Positions 45,220-54,596 of a stretch of 64,000 nt of DNA are shown piece after piece; within the stretch, counting starts at the first letter, position 1, and each line of letters begins with the position of its first letter. A model generated the notes under the pieces. That model was not told where the DNA came from and did no database searches. It saw only the letters and a list, made by a program, of their open reading frames with translations. Position numbers and translations under genes: made by a program. The DNA is from an uncultured Candidatus Peribacteria bacterium (GTDB taxonomy: Bacteria; Patescibacteriota; Gracilibacteria; Peribacterales; Peribacteraceae). The DNA is taken from positions 31,735 to 95,734 of the forward strand of contig CAZSWJ010000001.1 in assembly GCA_964611095.1 (NCBI GenBank), written 5' to 3'.

Positions 45220-46929
45220 GTGATCGTGGCCTTCTTGGCCCTCGTGATGGTGGCGGGCGCCATGCAGTCGCCTCGCGTCAGCAACGCCGCCGATTCGGTG
45301 TGCGGTGACAACGACGTGGACGTGGGTGAGCAGTGCGATGACGGCAACCTGCAGAACGGCGACGGATGCAGCAGCAGCTGCACCATCGAGAAGTGCGGCA
45401 ACGGAGCCACCGACGCCAACGAACAGTGTGACGACGGCAACGACGTCTCCGGTGACGGATGCAACAAATACTGCCAAATCGAATTCTGCGGCGACCGCAT
45501 CGTGCAGTCGAGTCGCGGTGAACAGTGCGACGACGGCAACGGCGTCTCCGGCGACGGATGCTCCGGCAGTTGCAAATCCGAGTCCCCGCTCCACGACGCT
45601 CCGACCCAGGAATCCAGTTCCAGTGCCTCTGCCACCACGCAGCAAGAAGCTCCCAGCCAGCCTCCTCCGGAGATCGCCCCCGCCATCATGCAGCAGGCCA
45701 TCGCCGCCGTGCAGTTCCTCAGCCCCAAGAACCAGGATGCGGCCGCCATCATGCAGCAGCTCGATCGCGAGGAGGTCCTGCAGCTCGAGACCATCGTGAA
45801 GAAGCTCGCCAACGGACGACGTCTCACCAAAGAAGAGCGCGCCTGGGCCGAGAAGCTCTTCACGAAACTGCAGGAAGCCAAGATCGCCGAACGTGCTCGC
45901 TACACGGATCTCCTCAAGGAATTCATCGCGACACCCATCAGTACCGAAGTCGTCGATGAAAAAGATCTTGAGAAATCGCGCCTCGTGAACGTGGAAGTCC
46001 CCGTCGCCATCGATGAGCTCGAGCGCGCCGTCTCGGTGATTCGCCGCGGCGAGCTGAGCAACCAGGTGACGCTCGACGTCACCAAACTCAAGCGCCAGGG
46101 CATCGCCTTCGAGAAAGACATTCCGACGAACTACGCCGCCAACCTCACCGACAAAAACCGTCCCATCGAAGTGTTCGCGACGCTCAAGGCGATGAAGGAA
46201 GCCGCCGAAAAGTACGCAACGAACGACGTGCCGGCATCGCTTGAAACCGTTCGCGCCGAAGCCGCGGCCCTCAAGACGGCGCTGCCGATTTTGGAACAGG
46301 AGTACGGACTCTCTCCGGAAGACACCGAACCGTTGCTCTCCGTCATCGAATCGCTCACGCAGGAAGTGAGCAAGCAGGACACCGCACGCGTGGTGGCCGC
46401 CATCAATCGCTTCGTCGGCACGCTTGAGCGTCGCAAGGTCATCTCCGACGCCGACCTCGCGACCATCGACATTCAGGCCGCTCACACCGCCGCATCCGTG
46501 CAGTCGCTCGCGCAGCAGGTGGGCCGCGACACGGGCATCGAGACCGTGACCGACATGGTCGGTTTCGTCGACGGACTCTCGCAGGTTGCTCCCGCCGATA
46601 CGCGCATCGCCTTCGAACGCGGAGGCCTCGACGATCAGCGCGACACGCTGCTCACGCTCATCACCACCGATGAACGCGTGCAGTCCATGCTCGAAACGCT
46701 CCGCAAAGAAGGCCGTACGGACATCGTGGATCAATACTCCGAGCTCAAACGCGCCGTCCAGAACGTCGGTGACGGTGCGGACACTGAGACTCCGTGCGAC
46801 GACACCATGACCGACGCGCTCCGCTGCACCAACGAGACGTTCACCGATCTCCAGAATGCCGTCAGAAACCGCAGCATGTTCAACCGCATCGTCAGCAAAC
46901 TTCAAGACTTCTTCGGTATCGGATCATGA
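45220..46929 (+). CDS. Secreted protein with three Cys-rich CxxxxxEQCDDGNxxxGDGC repeats (start uncertain)
   Basis: Three repeats of the myxococcal cysteine-rich-repeat type, then a long helical region. Hydrophobic N-terminus VIVAFLALVMVAGAM. The ORF is open from 45115, but the promoter at 45157 argues for a downstream start (GTG 45169/45220/45226 or ATG 45247). Confidence 0.7.
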   Translation: MIVAFLALVMVAGAMQSPRVSNAADSVCGDNDVDVGEQCDDGNLQNGDGCSSSCTIEKCGNGATDANEQCDDGNDVSGDGCNKYCQIEFCGDRIVQSSRGEQCDDGNGVSGDGCSGSCKSESPLHDAPTQESSSSASATTQQEAPSQPPPEIAPAIMQQAIAAVQFLSPKNQDAAAIMQQLDREEVLQLETIVKKLANGRRLTKEERAWAEKLFTKLQEAKIAERARYTDLLKEFIATPISTEVVDEKDLEKSRLVNVEVPVAIDELERAVSVIRRGELSNQVTLDVTKLKRQGIAFEKDIPTNYAANLTDKNRPIEVFATLKAMKEAAEKYATNDVPASLETVRAEAAALKTALPILEQEYGLSPEDTEPLLSVIESLTQEVSKQDTARVVAAINRFVGTLERRKVISDADLATIDIQAAHTAASVQSLAQQVGRDTGIETVTDMVGFVDGLSQVAPADTRIAFERGGLDDQRDTLLTLITTDERVQSMLETLRKEGRTDIVDQYSELKRAVQNVGDGADTETPCDDTMTDALRCTNETFTDLQNAVRNRSMFNRIVSKLQDFFGIGS

Positions 46930-48032
46930 GCGAGTTCAACAATACATTCATCGGCACCGAAGCGGCCGTTCCCCCGGCTGCCATTCCGCAGGAGCGCAAA
47001 GCGCTCGACCTCGCGGTCGTCAAAAAAGGAGCCAAAGACTACCTTGAATTCTTGGACGCCACGAAAGAAGTGTTCTACGGCTACCTGTACCACCGTACGG
47101 GTTCGACCGAACTGGCCAAGACCATCCAGAGCGAAATTTACTTGGACGTCCTCAGTCGCGCCATGTCCTTGTGGTGGTTCGGTACGCTGAACCTCGGCAT
47201 GCTTCTCGATGCCGCGGACAATGCGCTCAAGAACAAAGACATCGCCGCCGCCGACATCGACACGGTGTACCTGCCCAACTTGGCGTTCCTCACGGACGCC
47301 GACAAGAAGGCCATGGCCACCATGCACGACGCGTTGTGGTCGCTTCCGCGCGAGGCGCAGAGGCTCCTCATCCTCTCGATGCTCGTGGGTCTTTCCACGG
47401 AGAAAATCAGCGAGATCACGCGCTTGCACAAGGAAGAGGTGACGAACCAGGTCGCTCTCGCCAAGGACTTGCTCCTCACGCGCTGGCAACCGACGGGCGA
47501 CGTGGCAAGCAAGCTCGATTCGCTCGTGTTCATCCCGGCGCTCGACATCCGCAGTGAAATGAAGCTGCGTTTCGGCGTCGTGGAGAAGTACAACGCACTC
47601 CGCTTCCGCCGCTACCAGTGGGTGATCATCGGAGGACTCTTCGCCGTCATGAGCAACGTCATCGTCGCGAGCGTTCTCGCCTTCGCCGTCATCGTGCAGC
47701 CCGCTTCCTCGCTGAAGGGCGCACGCACGCAGGTCGCCTCGCTCGACGCCGTGCTCCTCAAGCGCCAGCTCGCCGTGCAGCAGGCCAAGCAATCCGTCGC
47801 CGTTTCTTTCAAGGAGGCGCAGCGCCTCACGGCCTACGACGTCTCGCGCGATCTCACGTCCCTCGGTCTCGCCGCGGCTCTCGAATCCTTGAGTCATGAG
47901 CAGGATCAGGAAAAGGAAGTCGACAAGCTCATCAAGCTCATGCAACGCGCACAGACCGCGCTTGAGCCCGCCGCTCCGCTCTTCAGACTCGCGTTCGGCA
48001 ACATCACCGCCGTGTCCGCCGCCTGGCTCTAA
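46926..48032 (+). CDS. Sigma-70/ECF-like protein fused to a transmembrane C-terminal region
   Basis: ATGA overlap with the upstream gene. Region-4-like HTH LPREAQRLLILSMLVGLSTEKISEITRL. TM helix WVIIGGLFAVMSNVIVASVLAFAVIV. C-terminal ~130 aa are extracytoplasmic. Confidence 0.5.
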   Translation: MSEFNNTFIGTEAAVPPAAIPQERKALDLAVVKKGAKDYLEFLDATKEVFYGYLYHRTGSTELAKTIQSEIYLDVLSRAMSLWWFGTLNLGMLLDAADNALKNKDIAAADIDTVYLPNLAFLTDADKKAMATMHDALWSLPREAQRLLILSMLVGLSTEKISEITRLHKEEVTNQVALAKDLLLTRWQPTGDVASKLDSLVFIPALDIRSEMKLRFGVVEKYNALRFRRYQWVIIGGLFAVMSNVIVASVLAFAVIVQPASSLKGARTQVASLDAVLLKRQLAVQQAKQSVAVSFKEAQRLTAYDVSRDLTSLGLAAALESLSHEQDQEKEVDKLIKLMQRAQTALEPAAPLFRLAFGNITAVSAAWL

Positions 48033-48047
48033 TCTTTTCGCACTCTC

Positions 48048-48326
48048 ATGAAACGCGTCTACAGAATCGACGAAGACTACGGCAGCGAATACACGCTCAG
48101 TGCCATCGAAGCCGATGGAACATCGTCCGACCGAAACCTCACGACGCCGTACGGAACCGTGTACGAAAGCCTCAAGCAGACGACACAGGGAAAGATCGAA
48201 GCGGTCGTTCCGGCCGGCATTTTGGAAGACGTCACCGTCGTTCGTGCGGGGAACGGCTATCTCTCGGAAGCATTCGCAAAGAAGCATCCGCATCTGGTGC
48301 AAGCGTGGCTGAATCAAGCGGCGTAG
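48048..48326 (+). CDS. Hypothetical small protein (92 aa)
   Basis: ORF with balanced composition, 15 nt after the upstream stop. Confidence 0.45.
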   Translation: MKRVYRIDEDYGSEYTLSAIEADGTSSDRNLTTPYGTVYESLKQTTQGKIEAVVPAGILEDVTVVRAGNGYLSEAFAKKHPHLVQAWLNQAA

Positions 48327-48336
48327 ACTGGGCGGC

Positions 48337-49521
48337 ATGAACTCGGCCGTCCGCAGCAACATCGGGAAACTCTACGTCATTCAGGCTCTCACGCAGGCCC
48401 TCTTCGTCATTCCCATCATCGTGCTGTTCTGGAGGTCGCATGGACTCAGCCTCACGGACATCATGCTGCTGCAGTCGGGGTTCGCGCTCACGATTTTCGT
48501 GCTCGAAATCCCCACGGGGTACTTGGCCGACCGCTGGGGCAGAAAAAATACCATCGTCCTGGGATGTTGCTTCGGTGCGCTTGCGTACCTCACGTACGCC
48601 ACGGGCACCAACTTTTGGAACTTCATGCTCGCCGAAGTGCTCATCGGCATGGGTGCCAGTTTGCTCTCCGGGACCATCGAAGCGCTCACGTACGATTCAC
48701 TCCTCAGCATCGGTGAAGAGAGTTCCTATCGACGCGTCGCGGGCAACCAAGCGTTCTTCGAATTCAACACCGAGGCCGTAAGCGGCATCGTCGGCGGACT
48801 GCTCGGAGCCGTGAGTTTGGCGCTCCCGCTCTGGCTCACCACGGTGCCCATGCTCGCGGCGATCTTTGTGTCACTCACGCTCGTCGAACCTCCTCGCCAC
48901 CGCATGCAGGAGCCCAAGCACTGGCGCGCCATTTGGGACGTGACGGTGCACACGCTGCTCCGTCACCGAGGACTCCGCGGCATCACGCTCCTGTACGGAC
49001 TCATCTCCACGATGTCCCTCATGTTCTTCTGGTTCTTCCAGCCGTACCAGGCCTTGGTCGGCGTGCCCGTCGCATTGTTCGGCATCACGCATGCCATCAC
49101 CGTCATCGCCGGTGCGTGTGCCGCAAAAACCGTGCCGTGGTTCGAGAAAAAGGTCGATGATCGCGCACTCATCATGATCGTCGCCGCCATCGCCGTGGGT
49201 TGTTACCTGGCGCTCAGCTTCCCGCCGGCATTACCGCTCCTCATCTTCTTCGTCATCGAGCGGCTCGCGTGGCACTTCATGGGGCCGCTCACGCTCGACA
49301 TGATGAACCGCATGACCACCTCCGACGTGCGCGCCACGGTGCTTTCGGTGCGGTCGTTCGGAGGTCGCCTCATCTTCGTCTGTGTGTCGCCGTTCGTCGG
49401 TGCCATGGCCGATGCGCGGTCCATTCCCTACGCGCTCCTCGTCGCGGGCATCGTGGGAGCGGTCGTTCTTGCGCTCACCTTCTTTTCGATGCGCACGGTG
49501 TGGAAGGAAATCCCCGCGTAA
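48337..49521 (+). CDS. MFS transporter
   Basis: 394 aa with about 12 TM helices. GYLADRWGRKNT loop motif. Confidence 0.8.
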   Translation: MNSAVRSNIGKLYVIQALTQALFVIPIIVLFWRSHGLSLTDIMLLQSGFALTIFVLEIPTGYLADRWGRKNTIVLGCCFGALAYLTYATGTNFWNFMLAEVLIGMGASLLSGTIEALTYDSLLSIGEESSYRRVAGNQAFFEFNTEAVSGIVGGLLGAVSLALPLWLTTVPMLAAIFVSLTLVEPPRHRMQEPKHWRAIWDVTVHTLLRHRGLRGITLLYGLISTMSLMFFWFFQPYQALVGVPVALFGITHAITVIAGACAAKTVPWFEKKVDDRALIMIVAAIAVGCYLALSFPPALPLLIFFVIERLAWHFMGPLTLDMMNRMTTSDVRATVLSVRSFGGRLIFVCVSPFVGAMADARSIPYALLVAGIVGAVVLALTFFSMRTVWKEIPA

Positions 49522-49574
49522 CCCTCTCATCGATCGGTATCTTCTTGTAAGAGAATCGCATTAAGAACGTCTTA

Positions 49575-50357
49575 ATGTCATCTCTTCCCCATTTTTCTAT
49601 GGTGTATACACGCTCCACGGTCGCTCTGGCCCTTCCGGTCTGCGCACTGCTTCTCTGGATGTCAGCCGAAGCCGCTTTCGCCTACTTCCCGGACGACATG
49701 CCGCGCGGCACAACCGCGTCGTCCATGTCATCGTCTTCTTCCTCCGTCGCTCCGCAGCAGCAACAGGCCACGCCGTTCTCGGTTCGTCCCTTCACGGACG
49801 TTCCCGTCGGCAGCGTCCACTACGACGCCATCGAGTATCTCCGCACGCACAACATCCTCAAGGGTGATTACACGAACGGAGAGTTCAACCCCGAAAAGCG
49901 CATTCGTCGCGACGAACTCGTCCAGCTCATGACGAGCGAGTTCCTCATGCCCGACCGCGACAACTCTTGTCTCAACAGGAACGGTACGGGCGCCACGATC
50001 TTCAAAGACGTGACGAACGACACCAAGTTCGCACTCGACATCTGCAACGCCAAGGCCGCCGGCATCATCCACGGTTACCCCGATGGGTACTTCCGCCCCA
50101 CGCGCGCCGTGAGCTTCGTCGAGGCCGCCAAGCTCGTCACGCGCATCTTCCAGACGAGCATGGACCGCCAGGATACGACTGATTCGCGTTGGTACTTCCT
50201 GTACGTCAACGCGCTCTCCGAGCGCAACGGCATCCCCATGAGCATCCGCTTCATGGCGCAGCCGGTCACCCGCGGCGAAATCGCCGAAATGGTGTACCGC
50301 GCCAAAACGGACAATCATACCCTGCCGTCCAAGCATTGGAACGATCTGGCTCGTTAA
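49575..50357 (+). CDS. SLH-domain surface protein
   Basis: 260 aa with a signal peptide and a Ser tract [12 protein letters not shown]-like [17 protein letters not shown] and [26 protein letters not shown]. Confidence 0.7.
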   Translation: MSSLPHFSMVYTRSTVALALPVCALLLWMSAEAAFAYFPDDMPRGTTASSMSSSSSSVAPQQQQATPFSVRPFTDVPVGSVHYDAIEYLRTHNILKGDYTNGEFNPEKRIRRDELVQLMTSEFLMPDRDNSCLNRNGTGATIFKDVTNDTKFALDICNAKAAGIIHGYPDGYFRPTRAVSFVEAAKLVTRIFQTSMDRQDTTDSRWYFLYVNALSERNGIPMSIRFMAQPVTRGEIAEMVYRAKTDNHTLPSKHWNDLAR

Positions 50358-50587
50358 GCTTTCTATCATCGCCATTCGAGAAGAGGGAGCCATAACTCCC
50401 TCTTTTGATGTTGATGGACTCCATGAAAAAATTAGATGCTTCAAGGAGAATTGGTTGTCGTTCGTTCCCTCTGAGAGGAGAGTCGCCGTGTCCGGTCGTA
50501 TCGATCACGAAGTCATCGATGGTGTCGTGCACATTCGCTGCCGACACCGCTCGCTCTAAATACAAAGGGAGGGTAGGCTTGCGCCCA

Positions 50588-51583
50588 ATGGCTCTCGCTT
50601 TCCTGTTACTCGTCGTCGGTCTCGCACTTCTCGTGAAGGGCGCGGACTGGCTTGTCGACGGCGCATCGTCGCTTGCCAAACGCATCGGCATTTCCGATCT
50701 TGCCATCGGACTCACCGTCGTCGCATTCGGCACGTCCATGCCGGAGCTCGTCGTGAACGTCACGAGCAGCCTTTCGGGTGCCACGGACATCGCCATCGGC
50801 AACGTCGTCGGCAGCAACACCGCGAACATCCTCCTCATCCTGGGCATTTCGGCTCTCATCACGAAAATTTCCGTGCAGACGTCCACGGTCTGGAAAGAAA
50901 TTCCCTTCGCGCTCCTGGCGTCCGTCGTTCTGTACTTCATGGCGAACGATACGTTGTTTGACGGCACAAGCGTCGCTGCCCTCACCCGTTCGGAAGGATT
51001 GGTTCTCATCGCATTCTTCTTCATCTTCCTCTGGTACATCGCCGGCATGAGCCGCAACGACCCGTCCGATGCCGACGCAGGGATCAAGGTACGCGGCTTC
51101 TGGGCTTCCGGCGGCTTTGTGCTGGCCGGTCTCGCACTCCTCATCGGCGGAGGAAAACTCACCGTTGACGGTGCCGTCACCATCGCGGAGGCACTCGGTG
51201 TCTCGCAGGCGTTGATCGGCTTTACGATCGTCGCCGTGGGCACATCGCTCCCGGAAATGGCGACGTCCATCGTCGCGGCGCGCAAAGGCAATGCGGACAT
51301 CGCGGTCGGCAACATCGTCGGCAGCAACATCTTCAACATCTTCTGGATTCTCGGCGTGAGCGCCGTCATTGCGCCGCTTCCCTTCCCGCCCGCGATGAAC
51401 GTGGATCTCCTCGTCACCATCGCGGCCACGATCTTACTGTTCTTCGTGGTGCACAGGGGCTACCTCCACAAGCGTCTCCTGTTCTGGAGACAGCGAGACA
51501 ATCACATGCTCGAACGCATCGACGGCGTGCTCATGCTTCTTGCATACGGTGCGTACATCGCGTTCTTGGCCTGGCGCGGATAG
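50588..51583 (+). CDS. Ca2+/cation antiporter (CaCA, YrbG-like)
   Basis: From ATG 50588. Alpha-repeat motifs AFGTSMPELVVN and AVGTSLPEMATS. Confidence 0.85.
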   Translation: MALAFLLLVVGLALLVKGADWLVDGASSLAKRIGISDLAIGLTVVAFGTSMPELVVNVTSSLSGATDIAIGNVVGSNTANILLILGISALITKISVQTSTVWKEIPFALLASVVLYFMANDTLFDGTSVAALTRSEGLVLIAFFFIFLWYIAGMSRNDPSDADAGIKVRGFWASGGFVLAGLALLIGGGKLTVDGAVTIAEALGVSQALIGFTIVAVGTSLPEMATSIVAARKGNADIAVGNIVGSNIFNIFWILGVSAVIAPLPFPPAMNVDLLVTIAATILLFFVVHRGYLHKRLLFWRQRDNHMLERIDGVLMLLAYGAYIAFLAWRG

Positions 51584-51695
51584 GCGAAAAAGCATCGACG
51601 TCCATTGAAAGAAAAGAGAGCTCATCAGAGGAAAACGCAGCTTTCCTTGATGCCATCATTCAAGATTTTCTCGAATGTACTTGAGCAATGGCATC

Positions 51696-51734
51696 AAAAA
51701 AACTCCCCGCTCTCTTCGGGGCGAAGAGAGCGGG
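51696..51734 (-). terminator. Intrinsic terminator (minus strand)
   Basis: 13-bp stem cccgctctcttcg / cgaagagagcggg followed by T7 on the minus strand. Confidence 0.8.
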
Positions 51735-51743
51735 ATACAAGCC

Positions 51744-52226
51744 TCACAAGCTTATTTCTCTCACGTGCGATGACGAGAGATCAGTCACGACCTTTGCGTA
51801 GCGGTCGAGGGCCGTGGTCTTTCGGCCGTGCTCCAAGAGTGAAACGCACGGCCGCACGAGATCGCTCCACAGTGCGCGGTACTCCTGCTCCGGCAAGCTG
51901 CACGCATCGATGCGTGCAATGATCGCGGGGGCGATTCGGTAGTACCGCTGCACGAGTGCGATGCCTCCGGGAGTCCGAACGACATACTCGTCGCGGAATT
52001 TCCGGAGCGTGCGGAGCTCATGGCAATCGTCGGGCAACCCGCGAGTGACGACGCATGCCGTCGTCAGAAAGCAACAGCCTGGAGGTTCCGCATACTCGTC
52101 CCAAACTCTCCCTGTCTGCCGACATATCGTGCAGGGGACGAGCACACTTTCTTGATGGCTTTCGGCTGGGGCTATGCGCACCCAACCTTTTCCATCGCAG
52201 TTCGAACATGGTACGTGCGCACCCAT
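51744..52226 (-). CDS. DnaJ-type zinc-finger (CxxCxGxG x2) protein with CFLTTAC...DDCxELxxLRxFRD module
   Basis: 160 aa. Strong SD AAGGAG 7 nt before the ATG. Paralog of 54021..54494. Confidence 0.75.
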   Translation of the reverse strand: MGAHVPCSNCDGKGWVRIAPAESHQESVLVPCTICRQTGRVWDEYAEPPGCCFLTTACVVTRGLPDDCHELRTLRKFRDEYVVRTPGGIALVQRYYRIAPAIIARIDACSLPEQEYRALWSDLVRPCVSLLEHGRKTTALDRYAKVVTDLSSSHVREISL

Positions 52227-52300
52227 AGTTCATCTCCTTCAACATAAGCCTGTGATGCCAAGCCCCTTGCGGGGAACTCCACGATGTAGAGTCAAATAGT

Positions 52301-52328
52301 AAAATACTATCAAATTTACTTAAGTCAA
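52301..52328 (-). promoter_or_regulatory. Candidate promoter TTGACT-N16-TATTTT
   Basis: On the minus strand upstream of the copy-A gene. Conserved in copy B. Confidence 0.4.
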
Positions 52329-52377
52329 TAAATCACATCATTGATACCGCTATTGATCATTTTTTTAAAAGCCGTCG

Positions 52378-52436
52378 CGTCAAAGCGACTCTTTTGATGG
52401 AAAGGAGAGTCCATGAGAGGAAAACGCAGTTTTCCT
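52378..52436. repeat. Partial third copy (~59 nt) of the cassette-end element
   Basis: Matches 53839-53898 with about 3 mismatches. It abuts the DKNYY gene stop codon. Confidence 0.75.
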
Positions 52437-53477
52437 TTACTCAGGCTTCTGCCAACTACTAGGGTCAAAGCCATCCGGACTAACGTTCGGGATCGGTTTT
52501 CCGAGATAAAAAACGTGTTTCTTATCTGCGGCAAAGTACTTTTGATCGGGTAGCAAGTGAAATGAATTGGTATCAGCATCAACAACAATAAAAGAATTGC
52601 ATGCCTTTCCTTGTTCGATGAACGCTGAATTTATTACATATACGCGATTTTTGTCTTTTGCATAATAATCATTCAGGGCTTGAAATGTTTTTGCATCCGC
52701 ATTGTTTATGCGGAGCTGATTACATATAACGCTAGTGTCGTCTTTTGCTAGAAAATTTGTGAACACTACTACTGACTTTGGTGCCAAAATTGTGAGCTTG
52801 CCCTCATAGTAGACATGCATTGAATCATGTGCCCATCCACCTCCTCCACGTATCGAGTTAGTTATTATCGTAAAGGTGTAGGGGTTTGCCTCTTTTAAAG
52901 GCAGATCATCAAAGTACACTTTTCTTAAATCCGTAGAATACCCTGCATTCAGAATTTTAAATTTTTTTGCGTTTGCCCCCCTTAAAATTCTGCCCTCAAA
53001 AAAAATATTTCGGGGGCTTATGCCATATCGCTCACTCTCTTTAAATTTTTTAGGATCGACGCCTCGCAACAGGTGCCAAGAAAAATAAACATGTTTTTTG
53101 TCTTTCGCATAGCTATCCATTAATTCGAAGCTATCTGGATCAGCTAAGGGCAAAATCTTATCACCAACATAAACGTTCTTTGAATCTTTAGCATAGAGAT
53201 TGCCATATTCAAGTACCTTGAAAGTCGCAGGATTTGCATGGGGTACGAGTGTGAGGCAATCCATTGTTGGATCTTTTGCAAGGCAAGAGCTCAAATAAAC
53301 CCTTCCATCAAATTTGTAAAATAAGTACCTATCGTCATAATAATTAAATGGAATATTAAGGGGGATTGGAAGCTCTTGCGCTACAATGCTGTTTGGCTTA
53401 AATGTGAGTAATAGTAGTGCCATTAACGCAGGAAGGACCCTAAGTTTCTTTGACGTTATGAAGTTCATGTAACGCAT
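52437..53477 (-). CDS. DKNYY-repeat family protein, low GC
   Basis: 346 aa. Repeated YAKDKxxVY motifs and a signal peptide. Strikingly AT-rich relative to the window. Confidence 0.75.
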   Translation of the reverse strand: MRYMNFITSKKLRVLPALMALLLLTFKPNSIVAQELPIPLNIPFNYYDDRYLFYKFDGRVYLSSCLAKDPTMDCLTLVPHANPATFKVLEYGNLYAKDSKNVYVGDKILPLADPDSFELMDSYAKDKKHVYFSWHLLRGVDPKKFKESERYGISPRNIFFEGRILRGANAKKFKILNAGYSTDLRKVYFDDLPLKEANPYTFTIITNSIRGGGGWAHDSMHVYYEGKLTILAPKSVVVFTNFLAKDDTSVICNQLRINNADAKTFQALNDYYAKDKNRVYVINSAFIEQGKACNSFIVVDADTNSFHLLPDQKYFAADKKHVFYLGKPIPNVSPDGFDPSSWQKPE

Positions 53478-53945
53478 ATTAGCTCGTATCAGATTGAATT
53501 AGGGACTGGATTTGGCCGCCGAAAATCTTATTGGCCATTTTTTGTTATACGTAAGCCAAAAAATGTGTTCTGTAGTTAAGTAGAACGATATTACAATAAG
53601 GGCTTATCTTATTGCAGGATCACTGTGTTGAAATTGAAATGTATATATAAAAAGCACAATCCTTATTTCCAATACCACTTGAGTGAGATTTATTGAGACG
53701 GTTCTCTTCATTTGCACTGAAATCCTTCACCCCCTTAAGAAGTTTAGTCAGGGTTGGATTATGAGAAGCCATATGTCGTGCGACGCCATCTACGAGACGG
53801 CAAAAAACTGTCGCTTGACGTGGGTCTCGTGGGCCCCACGTCAAAGCAACTCTTTTGATGGAAAGGAGAGTCCATCAGAGGAAAACGCAGTTTTCCTTGA
53901 TGCGATCATTCAAGATTTTCTCGAATGTACTTGGGCAATGGCATC

Positions 53946-53984
53946 AAAAAAACTCCCCGCTCTCTTCGAGGCGAAGAGAGCGGG
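53946..53984 (-). terminator. Intrinsic terminator (minus strand), copy B
   Basis: Same stem as copy A, followed by T7 on the minus strand. Confidence 0.8.
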
Positions 53985-54020
53985 ATAAAACCTCACAGGC
54001 TTCCTCCCTTAGTCGTGATA

Positions 54021-54494
54021 TCAGGAGAGATCAGTCACGACCTTTGCGTAGCGGTCGAGGGCCGTGGTCTTTCGGCCACGCTCCAAGAGTGAAACGCACG
54101 GCCGCACGAGATCTTTCCACAGTGCACGGTAGTCCTGCTCCGGCAGGTTGCCCGCATCGATGCGGGCAATGATCGCCGGCGCGATTCGGTAGTAGCTCTG
54201 GACGAGTGCGATGCCACCCGGAGTCCGAACGACGTACTCGTCGCGGAATTGCCGGAGAGTACGGAGTTCATGACAGTCGTCGGGCAACCCTCGAGCGATG
54301 ACACATGCCGTTGTCAGGAAGCACCAGCCTTCACTTTTGGCATACTCGTCCCAAACCTTCCCCGTCTGATGGCAGACAGTGCAGGGGACCTGGCGGTTTC
54401 CTGGATTGCTCCGATCTTCATCGCATGCAACTCCCCAGACCTCCCGCTTCCAGCCTGTTCCGTTGCAGAACGGACACTCTACATACGCTCCCAC
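54021..54494 (-). CDS. Paralogous zinc-finger / CFLTTAC-module protein
   Basis: GTG 54494 is preceded by AAGGAG at 6 nt. The N-terminus MGAYVECPFCNGTGW parallels copy A. The C-terminal two-thirds are nearly identical to copy A. Confidence 0.7.
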   Translation of the reverse strand: MGAYVECPFCNGTGWKREVWGVACDEDRSNPGNRQVPCTVCHQTGKVWDEYAKSEGWCFLTTACVIARGLPDDCHELRTLRQFRDEYVVRTPGGIALVQSYYRIAPAIIARIDAGNLPEQDYRALWKDLVRPCVSLLERGRKTTALDRYAKVVTDLS

Positions 54495-54568
54495 GATCGT
54501 CTCCTTAGAAGTTATGCCTGTGATGCAAAGCCCCTTTCGGGGAACTCCACGATGTAGAGTCAAATAGT

Positions 54569-54596
54569 AAAATACTATTAAATTTACTTAAGTCAA
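54569..54596 (-). promoter_or_regulatory. Candidate promoter TTGACT-N16-TATTTT (copy B)
   Basis: Conserved with 52301-52328. Confidence 0.4.

Larger units (their letters stand above)
51604..52339. repeat. Copy A of a ~0.75-kb duplicated cassette
   Basis: Aligns by eye with 53853..54607 at roughly 85-90% identity. It contains a structured element, a terminator, a gene and a promoter. Confidence 0.8.

Noticed and set aside
45142-48362. 587-aa and 486-aa minus-strand ORFs opposite the Cys-repeat and sigma-like genes; likewise 57170..59035 (+) opposite glgP and the charged protein
   Set aside because: They are antisense to ORFs with recognisable repeats or motifs, and their composition is shadow-like.
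53620-53988. ORFs 53620..53844 (-) and 53683..53988 (+) in the AT-rich/repeat junction
   Set aside because: They are short and overlap each other. The plus-strand ORF runs through the repeat element, whose other copies carry in-frame stops. They are probably non-coding or gene remnants.
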